This document shows positions 1-11,052 of a stretch of DNA of 64,000 bases, piece after piece. The translations under genes were made by a program, and so were the position numbers. The notes below the pieces were generated by a model, which was given only the letters and a program-made list of their open reading frames with translations, ran no database searches and was not told the origin of the DNA. This stretch comes from Anaeramoeba ignava BMAN (taxonomy: Eukaryota; Protista; Anaeramoebae). How positions within the stretch are numbered: position 1 is the first letter of the stretch; each line of letters begins with the position of its first letter. The DNA is taken from NCBI GenBank assembly GCA_028826165.1, contig JAPDFW010000069.1, forward strand, positions 372,001 through 436,000, written 5' to 3'.

Positions 1-382
1 AATTCTCAATTTTTTGGAATCTTAATTTTGGATTTTTTGAATAACGAAAATTCACTCCAAATATTTCTTCAACTAAATTAACTAATAAAACACCATCTTT
101 AAAATCTGTTTCAATATTATTTACTTCAAGATCTCTTCTATTAAGATATCTGTTTGTCCATTCAGTAAATTTCTTTTTAATTTAATTTTTAATTTTATAT
201 TTTTTTTTTTATTTTAATTTTGGTTTAACAAACAGAAAAATAAAAGAAATGATCATTTTATATTTTTTATATTTTATATATTTTTTTATATTTTTTTTGC
301 GTTAAAATTTTAATTTAAATTTTTTTTTTTATTTTTTATTTAAATAATAACTAACTTGAATCTGAATTTGATCCCAACTCAT
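1..382 (-). CDS. Calponin-homology (CH1) actin-binding protein, alpha-actinin/filamin/cortexillin type; 5' part only, runs off window
   Basis: Manual splice: exon1 382-356 (MSWDQIQIQ), GT-AG intron 355-173, exon2 172-1 KFTEWTNRYLNRRDLEVNNIETDFKDGVLLVNLVEEIFG...QKIEN. Matches the W..IQ..F..W.N / D..DG..L..L.E CH1 pattern. Confidence 0.85.
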
Positions 383-731
383 TTTTAATTAAAAAAAAAA
401 CAAACAAAAGTTTAGAATTATTAAAATGGAAAAAAAGAAATGGAAATAAAAGGAAAAAAATGAAAAAAAATGAATTCTTTTTGAAAATAATAGAAATAAA
501 TTTTTTTTTTTAAAAATAAATTTCTTTTGCCATTTAAAAAGCAATTTATTGAAAGAAAAATCTTAAATCAATTTTCGCTTTTTTAGGATTTTAATTTAAA
601 TGAGAAAATTAGAAATTTTTCTTTTTTCTTTCTTTTTTCTTTCAATTTTTTTTACTAATTTTATTAATAAAAAAAAATTTTTGATTGATTTTTTGTTTTT
701 TAAAAAAAAAAAGTCAAAATTCATTAATTCA

Positions 732-1337
732 TTAATTTGTAAGACTATCATCTGCAAGAGTACCAGAATCTGTTTCAGATTCAGATTCAGATTCAGAACT
801 TAAATTTGGAGATTTTTTTATTGAAGGTTGATTTTGTTTTATTTGTTGTTTTGGTTTTTCTGAACTTGATTCTGAATCACTTTCTGAATCACTTTCATTT
901 GATTGTTGAATTTTTTTAAATTTATTTATTTTATTTGAATCTGAATTTGAATCTGAATCTGAATCTGAATCTGAATTTGATTTTGATTTTGATTTTGATT
1001 TTGATTTTGAATTTGATTTTGAATTTGATTTTGATTTTGATTTTGATTTTGATTTTGATTTTAATTTTGAATCAACTTTTATTTTCCTTTTGATTTTTTG
1101 AAAATTTTCTTTTTTATTTTGTATTTCATTTTCAGATTCAGAATCAGTTTCAGATTCAGGATTTGTTTCTACTTTTTTTTTTGTTTCTTCTTTTATTTTT
1201 AATTCTGATTTTTTTTCAGAATTTGATATACTTATTGATTCTGATTGTTTTGAACTATCATTTTTACTTTCATCAGCTTCATATTGATTTTCATTTACTG
1301 AATGTTCAGAAGAATCTGAATTTGTTTGTGAACTCAT
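732..1337 (-). CDS. Low-complexity Ser/Lys/Glu-rich protein of unknown function
   Basis: 201-aa ORF with ATG in A-rich context and TTTCATTTT motifs upstream; SK and SD dipeptide runs; no recognisable domain. Confidence 0.45.
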   Translation of the reverse strand: MSSQTNSDSSEHSVNENQYEADESKNDSSKQSESISISNSEKKSELKIKEETKKKVETNPESETDSESENEIQNKKENFQKIKRKIKVDSKLKSKSKSKSKSKSNSKSNSKSKSKSKSKSNSDSDSDSDSNSDSNKINKFKKIQQSNESDSESDSESSSEKPKQQIKQNQPSIKKSPNLSSESESESETDSGTLADDSLTN

Positions 1338-1585
1338 TTTAAAAATTTAAAGAAAAAGAAAAGAAAAGAAAAGAAAAAGAAAAAAAATGAAAAAATGAAA
1401 TATTTTTTTTTCCTTTTTTTTTTTTAAAATTATTTAAAATTAAAATTTTTTTTTGAGTTAAAAAATGGATTTGGAAAAGAAAAAATAGATCAAAAACAAA
1501 ATTAAATTTTTTTTTCCTTTTTAGATTTGATTTTGGATTGGATTTTCAATTTGGATTTTCATTTTGGATTTTCAATTTGAATTTG

Positions 1586-3865
1586 TTATAAGTTAAAGAA
1601 AGCAATTTTAGTTTTCTTCATATAATTCTCAATAAGAGTAACAAAATCCTTGAGAACAAAAAGAATTATTGCTGAATCTAAAAATGATGTAATAACTTTC
1701 ATTTTATCTAAAAGTTCTGTATTTTTGGATTGATTAGATTCAAAGTGAGTAATCCAAGTGTCAAGGAATTGAGAATTTTCAAAAAGATGAACAATAGTTT
1801 CAACATAATTTGTTGTGTTTTTCCTATTATTTTTTTTTTAATTAAGAAAATAAATATAAAAATAAATATAAAAATAATTATAAATATTTTACATCTTGCT
1901 GCTATATTTTTTAATTGGTTTTGGTTTTGATGATTTTTTCTTGTCTTTATCTTTAATTTCTCCAATAAATTTTAAACTTTTTGATAATTGGTTTTGTAAT
2001 TCAACAACTCTATCAACAATTTGGTCTAAATCTTTAGAAATTTCAACAGTTTCTAAAATATCTCTTTGAGTTTTTAATCTGAGAATTTTTTGAAGAAATT
2101 CTTCACAACATGATATTTTAACACCAAGTGAACTAATATGAATATCTGATTGAAACCTAAAAAGAGGAATAAATAAAAACAAAATAAAATAATTAAGAAA
2201 AAAAGATTTTAACATGAAATGAAATGAATAAAAAAAAATATCATTTGTTGTTTTTGTTTTAAATACCAAACTGAATTTGGAATACGAATTCCAGGAGACA
2301 AAGAAATTCCATCATAAATTGCTTTCAATATTACTCTCATCATGAAAAATGGATGATGAATATTTTGAGGGGGTTTTGAAGGGATATCTTTCTCTTCTTC
2401 AAGACATATTTGTTTTCTAATTTCACGGAATGAATATTGAAAGTTTTGTTTAGATAAAACTTCTTTCAGAGATTCTGCTTTGATTTCTAATTCTTGCGCT
2501 CCTTTTCTTGACAAATTCGAAACAACTGGAGCGAGTATTTTCAATCTTTCTTTGTATGAATTGACTAATTCTCTAACTTTTACAAGACGTTTTCCTGTTG
2601 ATTCTGGTTGTATACTTTCTAGTTGTGAAATGACATTTTGGTATTCTGTAAATGCTTCTGAATAATTTTCCTCAGTATCCAATTTAATAGCTTTGTGAGC
2701 AGATTCCAAGGCCTGTTTAATAATTTCGTGAATTTCTCCTTCTCTTTGTATCAGATATGCACTTTCAATTTTTGTTTCACTTTTTTCAACTTCTAATGGA
2801 TCTGGATCATTAGTAGCTCGACTTTATTTAAGAATTATTTTTTTTTTATTAATTTCATGTAAATGATTTATAATTTATAATTTTTTCATTCATTTCATGT
2901 AAATACCGAAAAACTGAAGATTTTGCAATTCTTCCTTTTTTTTTCTTTTCATAATCACTTAGCAAACTTGAGCAAGTTGTGAATCCATTTTTAATAGCTA
3001 AATCCAAAGGTGTTTTTTGATCTTCATTTTTTATAAAGGGATTTGCGTGATATTGAATAAGTAAACGAGCCAATTCATCATATCCATTTAAAGCAGCTAA
3101 ATGAAGAGCAGTTTCTTGAGTACTATCTTTTAAATTAACATCAATTCCTTGTTCAAGTAATTCTCTGCAACAATCAATATTTCCTCTTGCAGCAGCAAAA
3201 TGAAGAGCTGTTCGATGATTATCAGAAAGTGTATTAATATCAATTCCTTGTCGAATTAAAAATTTGAGTACTTGAAGTCTTGAAGTTTGTGCAGCGATAT
3301 GAAGAGCATTTTGACCATTAGTAGCTTTTGTTTCTATATGTACTTGACCTGATTTGATTAATTGAATAGCTTCATCTTCATTTCCGACAACAATTTGTTT
3401 ATGAAGAGAAGTAAATCTATAAAAATATTTATTAAATTAAATATAAAATTTTATTTAAAATTTTAAATAAAATTATATATAAAATTAATTATAAATTTAT
3501 TATAAAATTATATTTATATTTTTTTACTCTCGTGGCAAATTTGATTCAACTGGTTCTTTTTTTGTAAATAAAACTATTCCTCTTAAATCACAAAAATTTT
3601 TAACAAAAGCAATTGATTTCTCATTTTCTTGTTGAATTAAAATATCATAAGGAGTAATTCCATCAAAATCTGTAACACTTGGAAGAGCTCCATTTTCAAT
3701 TAATGCTCTAATTGTTTCATAATCACCTTCTTTTGCTGCAATATGTAATGGAGTTTTTCCATCATCATCAACAACATTTGGATCTATTCCTTCAACTTGA
3801 ATTAATTTTTCAATTTCATCAAGCGAATGAGTCCAAGCAGCTTCATGTAAAACAGACCAAGTCAT
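1586..3865 (-). CDS. Ankyrin-repeat + MIT-domain protein, 5 exons
   Basis: Frame-consistent GT-AG introns 3527-3417, 2906-2822, 2266-2157, 1892-1824. N-terminal ankyrins (DDDGKTPLHIAA, EDQKTPLDLA), MIT helix (AHKAIKLDTEENYSEAFTEYQ...Y.ER), C-terminal PFFMMR...VW region; stop TAA 1588-1586. Confidence 0.85.
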
Positions 3866-4024
3866 TTTTGTTTGTTTTATAAAAATTTTTGTTTATAAAA
3901 AAAAAAAATATAATGAAAAGAAAAAGAAAAAGAAAAAATGAAAATTTTTTTTTCTTAATTTTTTTATTTTAAAAAAAAAAAAAAAGAAAGAAAAACAATT
4001 AAAAATTAAAAATTAAAATTAATT

Positions 4025-4336
4025 TTAAACTCCATAACCATAAACTGTTTTTCTTTGTCTTCTTAATGCATAAACAATATCAATTGTTGTAACTGTTTTT
4101 CTTTTTGAATGTTCTGTATAAGTAACTGCATCTCTAACAACTGATTCAAGAAATGATTTTAATATTTTTCTTGTATCATCATAAACTTGACTTGAAATTC
4201 TTTTAACTCCTGCTCTTCTTGCAAGTCTTCTAATTGCTGGTCTTGAAACTCCTTTTGCAATTTCTTTCATTGATTCTTTTCTTTTTTTTCCTCCTTTTCC
4301 CATTCCTTTTCCTCTTCCTTTTCCTTTTCCTGACAT
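4025..4336 (-). CDS. H4: Histone H4, divergent
   Basis: [37 protein letters not shown] core; GK-rich tail. Confidence 0.95.
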   Translation of the reverse strand: MSGKGKGRGKGMGKGGKKRKESMKEIAKGVSRPAIRRLARRAGVKRISSQVYDDTRKILKSFLESVVRDAVTYTEHSKRKTVTTIDIVYALRRQRKTVYGYGV

Positions 4337-4434
4337 TTTTAAATTTAATAATAATAAAAAATATTTAAAAAAAAAAATAAAAAATGAAAAAAAAAATTAA
4401 ATTAAAATTTTCTTTTTATAATTTTTTTTAATCA

Positions 4435-4497
4435 AATATTATCCAATAATTTTTTATTTTTTATTCTTTAAAAATTCAAAATTTATTGGATAATATT
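4435..4497. promoter_or_regulatory. 15-bp perfect inverted repeat with opposed CCAAT boxes upstream of H4
   Basis: aatattatccaataa (4435-4449) and ttattggataatatt (4483-4497), 33-nt spacer, about 100-160 bp upstream of the H4 ATG. Confidence 0.5.
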
Positions 4498-4509
4498 GAT
4501 TCGATTTTT

Positions 4510-6925
4510 TTAAAATAAAATATTTTATTAATTTTATTTTAATAATTTTAATAACTTTAATTTAATATTTTATTTAGATTTTAATTTATAATTTAATTTT
4601 ATTATTATTTTAAATTTAAATATTAATAAAATATTAATTTATTAATGATTAAAAATTAAATAAAATATTTTATTAATTTTATTTTAATAAATTTAATAAC
4701 TTTAATTTAATATTTTATTTAGTTTTAATTTATAATTTAATTTTATTATCATTTTAAATTTAAATATAAATAAAATATTAATTTATTATTTATTAAAAAT
4801 TAAATAAAATATTTTATTAATTTTATTTTAATAGATTTAATAACTTTAATTTAATATTTTATTTAGTTTTAATTTATAATTTAATTTTATTATCATTTTA
4901 AATTTAAATATTAATAAAATATTAATTAATTATTTATTAAATTTAAATAAAATATTTTATTAATTTTATTTAAATAATTTTAATAACTTTTAATTTAATA
5001 TTTTACATAAATTTAATTTATAATTTAATTTTATTATCATTTCAAATTTAAATATTAATAAAATATTAATTTATTATTTATTAAAAATTAAATAAAATAT
5101 TTAATTAATTTTATTTAAATAATTTTAATAACTTTAATTTAATATTTTACATAAATTTAATTTATAATTTAATTTTATTATCATTTTAAATTTAAATATA
5201 AATAAAATATTAATTAATTATTTATTAAAAATTAAATAAAATATTTTATTAATTTTATTTTAAATAAATTTAATAACTTTTAATTTAATATTTTATTTAA
5301 ATTTAATTTATAATTTAATTTTATTATCATTTTAAATTTAAATATTAATAAAATATTAATTTATTATTGATTAAAAATTAAATAAAATATTTTATTAATT
5401 TTATTTTAATAATTTTAATAATTTTAATTTAATATTTTATTTAAATTTAATTTATAATTTAATTTTATTATTATTTTAAATTTAAATATTAATAAAATAT
5501 TAATTTATTAATGATTAAAAATTAAATAAAAATATTTTATTAATTTTATTTTAAATAATTTTAATAACTTTAAATTTAATATTTTATTTAGTTTTAATTT
5601 ATAATTTAATTTTATTATTATTTTAAATTTAAATATTAATAAAAATTAATTAATTATTTATTAAAAATTAAATAAAATATTTTATTAATTTTTATTTTAA
5701 TAATTTTAATAACTTTAATTTAATATTTTATTTAAATTTAATTTATAATTTAATTTTATTATCATTTTAAATTTAAATATTAATAAAATATTAATTTATT
5801 ATTTATTAAAAATTAAATAAAATATTTTATTAATTTTATTTTAAATAATTTTAATAACTTTAATTTAATATTTTACTTAAATTTAATTTATAATTTAATT
5901 TTATTATCATTTTAAATTTAAATATTAATAAAATATTAATTAATTATTGATTAAAAATTAAATAAAATATTTAATTAATTTTATTTTAATAATTTTAATA
6001 ACTTTAATTTAATATTTTATTTAAATTTAATTTATAATTTAATTTTATTATCATTTTAAATTTAAATATAAATAAAATATTAATTAATTATTTATTAAAA
6101 ATTAAATAAAATATTTTATTAATTTTATTTAAATAAATTTAATAACTTTAATTTAATATTTTTATTTAAATTTAATTTATAATTTAATTTTATTATTATT
6201 TCAAATTTAAATATTAATAAAATATTAATTTATTATTGATTAAAAATTAAATAAAATATTTTAATAATTTTATTTAAATAAATTTAATAACTTTAATTTA
6301 ATATTTTATTTAGTTTTAATTTATAATTTAATTTTATTAACATTTTAAATTTAAATATTAATAAAATATTAATTAATTAATTATTAAAAATTAAATAAAA
6401 TATTTTATTAATTTTATTTTAATAATTTTAATAATTTTAATTTAATATTTTACATAAATTTAATTTATAATTTAATTTTATTATCATTTTAAATTTAAAT
6501 ATAAATAAAATATTAATTTATTATTGATTAAAAATTAAATAAAATATTTTATTAATTTTATTTTAATAATTTTAATAACTTTAATTTAATATTTTACATA
6601 AATTTAATTTATAATTTAATTTTATTATCATTTTAAATTTAAATATAAATAAAATATTAATTTATTAATGATTAAAAATTAAATAAAATATTTTATTAAT
6701 TTTATTTTAATAATTTTAATAATTTTAATTTAATATTTTACATAAATTTAATTTATAATTTAATTTTATTATCATTTTAAATTTAAATATTAATAAAATA
6801 TTAATTTATTAATGATTAAAAATTAAATAAAATATTTTATTAATTTTATTTTAATAAATTTAATAACTTTAATTTAATATTTAATTTAAATTTAATTTAT
6901 AATTTAATTTTATTAACATTTTAAA
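4510..6925. repeat. AT satellite array 1, unit about 145 bp, about 16-17 copies
   Basis: Marker aataactttaatttaatatttta recurs about every 145 bp; almost no G/C. Confidence 0.9.
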
Positions 6926-6969
6926 TTTTTTTTTTTGAATTTTTTATTTTCATTTTTTTATTTCATTAA

Positions 6970-9390
6970 ATGTCAATTTTTTCAAAAGAACAAATTTCTC
7001 ATCGTTTTCCTCAATCAGAAAACTTTATACTTTTCCAAAAAACTCTTGAAACAAAATCGGAATTAATTTATCAAAAATTAGAATTTAATAAATTATCAAC
7101 AAAAATACAAAAACAATCAATTATCAAAATTGATTCTTTATTTAAAGGAAAACAAAATAATAAAAGAAAAAAAAGTGCAAATCTTCGAGTTTCTATTGAA
7201 AGATTTTTACATAGAATTACAAACTTTGTTTTCTTACCATTTGTTATTCAAAAAGTTACTCAAGAAAGAAAACATTTACTTTTAATAAATTATATCAAAT
7301 TGCTTCCTATTCAAAAAAAAGCTACAAATTCAAATCATTTGATTGATTCATTTTCCAAAAGTTCAAGTTATCCAAAATTATGGAATTCAAAACAAATTGA
7401 TTTGGCTATTGAATTTATTAAAGATATTTCAACAGAAATTATCAATTCCAAAGCATTGGAAAATATCAATAAGAAAATATTAACTGAATTCCAATTTAAA
7501 TATTCAGTAATTTTTTACAATGAAGAAAAAACCCAAAAATCAAAGGAAAAAACAAGAATTCCGAGTCTGGAATATCTAGCAAGAGAAACAATCACAAATA
7601 CTTGGTTCATGTTCAAAAACAAACTTTACAAAGTGATTCCGTTGAATATTTTGGAAGATATTTTGGAAGATTTAATTTCATATGGAAAATTAAATCATAT
7701 TAATATTTGCAATTTCAAAAATTTGGAAATTTTGGATTTGAAAAGAGTTTTGGGAGTTTCGACTAAATGGATCACAAAAATAGCCAAATTCGATAATCTT
7801 TATGAACTGGATTTGACAGGATGCACATTTCTTTCAAACGAAAATTTAGAGAAGTTTTGCCAAAACGAACAAATTCAATCCAATTTACAAACTCTAATTC
7901 TTGGAGAATGGAATTGTGCACCTGTTTATTTCCACGAAAAAACATGTTCTGTCAAACTATCTGATGATATGAATTTATACAAACAAACGCCCAAGAGCTT
8001 TCTTTCGTTTTCTGAAAAAGGGCTTATTAATTTGAAGTATTTGAAGAACTTGATTTATTTGGATTTGACTGGATGTGCTGCTGATAACTCTCCCTTAAGA
8101 AAAAATCGATATATCGAAAATACAAATATTGGGTTGTTTCAGTACAAAACATTTGAGCAATTTCTTCCAAATCTTGATAAGCTAAACGCTTTGATTCTCG
8201 GAAGGGATTGTATTTCAATTGATATGATTGATTTAATTCCAAAATCAATAAGAAACTTGAAAATTTCACTTTTTCCTTTTTATCGTGAAAATCTTGAAAA
8301 TTCTTTCTCAAATGAATTTGGGAATCAAAATGTCTTGTCTCTGTTCCATCAATTCCCAAATATTCAGGCATTACATTTGAAAGAAGTTGATACTATTCCT
8401 GATTCTGTTTTGGATCCTCCACAAAATGTACCCAAAAAATTATTTCAAGAAAATTTTGGAGAATTATTAAAAAAATGGGATGGATTAATTGAGTTGAAAT
8501 TACATCCAGTATATGATATTTTGGATATGGAAAAAATAAGGAATTGGATCCCAAATTTTTCATCGAAACTTCTTGCATTAGATCTATCGGAAAACAACTG
8601 GATTACAGACACGTTACTACTTGAACTTGAATCGCAATCTTCTGGTTTATCTCGACTTTGTTTGTTGCAATCACTTGATCTATCCAGAACAAAAATATCT
8701 GATTCAAGTTTTTGCAAGTTTTTACCGAGCATGAATGAATTAATGTTTCTCAATATTCAGTTTACGAATGCAGGAGATCAGACAATTCAATGTGTGAATG
8801 AAAATTTAAGAAGATTATCCACTTTGATGATTGGAGGAATACTTAATTATGAGGAACCAAGTCGGTTGACAAACGAAGGAATGATGATATTATCTGAAAA
8901 CAAAACGATTCGCAAACTTTCTTTCTTAACAGCACCGAATATCACAGTTCTTTCTCGATGTTCATGTTCAAAGAATGAAAAGGAAAATTGTATTTTTAAT
9001 TCAATATTATGGAAAAATTTGGAAGAATTGAAAATGAATGAAATGAGTGCTGGTGGATTACTTCTACATTTGAATCAAGCATTTGATCCTTTTTATCTCC
9101 AGAATATAAGATATTTAGATTTGCAAGCTACTTCAGTAATCAGTTGGATGAATGGGGTTTTTTATGATTTGAATAATATATATTCTTGTGAAATGGAAAG
9201 TATTCATTTGAGAGTAAATGATCCTGTAAGATGGGTATGTCCAGCAAAATGTCTTAAAAAACTGAAGAATTTACAAACAATTATCTTTTCAAAAGATGGT
9301 GGAAATGGAGGTTTTAGTCCTTTAAATTTCTGTAGTTGCAGGAATAAAGTAGTTTTAGATAAACCAAATCGTTATTATTATCATTATTAA
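6970..9390 (+). CDS. Leucine-rich repeat (RNI/FBXL-like) protein
   Basis: 806-aa ORF with LxxLDLxG/S repeats (LYELDLTGC, LIYLDLTGC, LLALDLSEN, LQSLDLSRT, IRYLDLQAT). Confidence 0.8.
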   Translation: MSIFSKEQISHRFPQSENFILFQKTLETKSELIYQKLEFNKLSTKIQKQSIIKIDSLFKGKQNNKRKKSANLRVSIERFLHRITNFVFLPFVIQKVTQERKHLLLINYIKLLPIQKKATNSNHLIDSFSKSSSYPKLWNSKQIDLAIEFIKDISTEIINSKALENINKKILTEFQFKYSVIFYNEEKTQKSKEKTRIPSLEYLARETITNTWFMFKNKLYKVIPLNILEDILEDLISYGKLNHINICNFKNLEILDLKRVLGVSTKWITKIAKFDNLYELDLTGCTFLSNENLEKFCQNEQIQSNLQTLILGEWNCAPVYFHEKTCSVKLSDDMNLYKQTPKSFLSFSEKGLINLKYLKNLIYLDLTGCAADNSPLRKNRYIENTNIGLFQYKTFEQFLPNLDKLNALILGRDCISIDMIDLIPKSIRNLKISLFPFYRENLENSFSNEFGNQNVLSLFHQFPNIQALHLKEVDTIPDSVLDPPQNVPKKLFQENFGELLKKWDGLIELKLHPVYDILDMEKIRNWIPNFSSKLLALDLSENNWITDTLLLELESQSSGLSRLCLLQSLDLSRTKISDSSFCKFLPSMNELMFLNIQFTNAGDQTIQCVNENLRRLSTLMIGGILNYEEPSRLTNEGMMILSENKTIRKLSFLTAPNITVLSRCSCSKNEKENCIFNSILWKNLEELKMNEMSAGGLLLHLNQAFDPFYLQNIRYLDLQATSVISWMNGVFYDLNNIYSCEMESIHLRVNDPVRWVCPAKCLKKLKNLQTIIFSKDGGNGGFSPLNFCSCRNKVVLDKPNRYYYHY

Positions 9391-9719
9391 AATTTAAAAT
9401 TTAAAATTATTTTTATTAAAAAAGAATTTAGATAAAAAATAATATTTTCAATAATGATATTTGATTTTGAAATCATTTTCAATTTCATTTTCAATAATGA
9501 TATTTGATTTTGAAATCATTTTCATTTTCATTTTCTTTTTCAACAATAAAAATAGAATTGAAATCAATATCATTTTCATTTTCATTATCAATATCGTTAT
9601 CATTTTCATTTTCATTTTCATTATCATTATCATTTTCAATTTCAATTTCATTTTTAATTTCAATATCATTTTCAATATCATTTTCATTTTCAATATCATT
9701 TTTAATTTTAATATCATTA

Positions 9720-10845
9720 TCAATAATGATATTTGATTTCGAAAGAATTTAGATTTTGTTCTTCTTTTTCAACAATAAAAATAGAATTGAAATCAATATC
9801 ATTTTCATTTTCATTTTCATTATCAATATCGTTATCATTTTCATTTTCATTTTCAATATCAATATCATTTTCATTTTCATTATCAATATCATTTTCAATT
9901 TCAATTTCATTTTTAATTTCAATATCATTTTCAATTTCAAAATCATTTTCAATTTCATTTTTAATTTCAATTTCATTTTTAATATCATTCCCATTTTCAA
10001 TATCATTTTTAATTTTAATATCATTTTTAATTTCATTCAAAGGAGCTGGAAAAAAACAAAGAACTAAGAAAACAATAAAAGCACCACCAATCAAATCCAT
10101 AAGGAAATGATGCCACAAATAAACAGCAGCTAAACCTAATAAAATAGTATAAGACCAAAAAAACTTAGATTTTGGATTCTCAAAAAAAGTGCAAAACAAA
10201 GGCCAAGCAAAATGAAGAGAAGGGAAAGGAACCAAAAACAATTTTAGAATTTGAGTAAATATTCTTGAAGAGATCATAATGAATAAGAGAATCAACTCTT
10301 GATAAACCAGCTGGATCTCCTTGAGTAGGTAGTTGAGGAGTGTATCCTAAAGCAATAGATTTTTCCCAAAACCAAGGAGGAGAAGTGGGAACTAAAAGTT
10401 GGATAGTGACTCCTATTGTGTTAATGATTCCAAGACACCAGAAGAGATATGCAACACGACTTGGATTTTTGTATTTTTTCCAGATATAAAGTGAGAAAAT
10501 AAAGGGAATAATATAATGAAGAATATAAAGAGTTCCTGAAATCAGATCAAATACTGGATTTATAAATTGAGTTATCCATCGATGAAAAAATCCTCGAAAT
10601 ATCACATATTCTAATCTTGGTAAACCTTGAATATCAATTGTTGGTTTGTCTTCTTTGGGTAATAAATGAAATATAGTTGGAAGAGCAAAATAACTTATCA
10701 TTGGTAATAAAGTAATCAAAAGTCGACTTGAAATATAAGGGAATTTTTTATGAATAAAATTTGCATTTCCACAATAAAAAATATGCCAATCAATAAAATT
10801 TGAATTTCTATTTGAATTTTGATTTATATTTGAATTTGTATTCAT
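9720..10845 (-). CDS. AUR1/IPT1-like inositol phosphorylceramide synthase (PAP2 superfamily), one apparent +1 frameshift near 10222
   Basis: PTSPPW, GDPAGLSRVD, FGSFP|SLH (split across frames at TTTCCCTTCTCTTCAT) and YLWHHFLMDLIGG motifs; several TM segments; repetitive N/D/E/I tail, true stop uncertain (9448-9720). Confidence 0.8.
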
Positions 10846-11052
10846 TGTTTATTTGAGAAGTAAAAAAATGAAAAAAAAAAAAGAATCAAAATGAAAAAAA
10901 ATTTGTTTTAAAGTAATTTTGTTGTTTTTTGTTTTTTGAATTTGATCTGAAATGATTTGATTAATAAATTTGTTTTTTTTTTTCAATAAAAATAAAAATT
11001 TATAAAAAAAAAAAAGAATAATATCTAATAATAATATTTCCTTAATTTCTTT

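Noticed and set aside
9448-10110. Many overlapping ORFs (MILKSF.., MKLKMI..)
   Set aside because: Alternative frames of a hexamer-repeat tail (aatgat/attgaa); stop-free by composition only.
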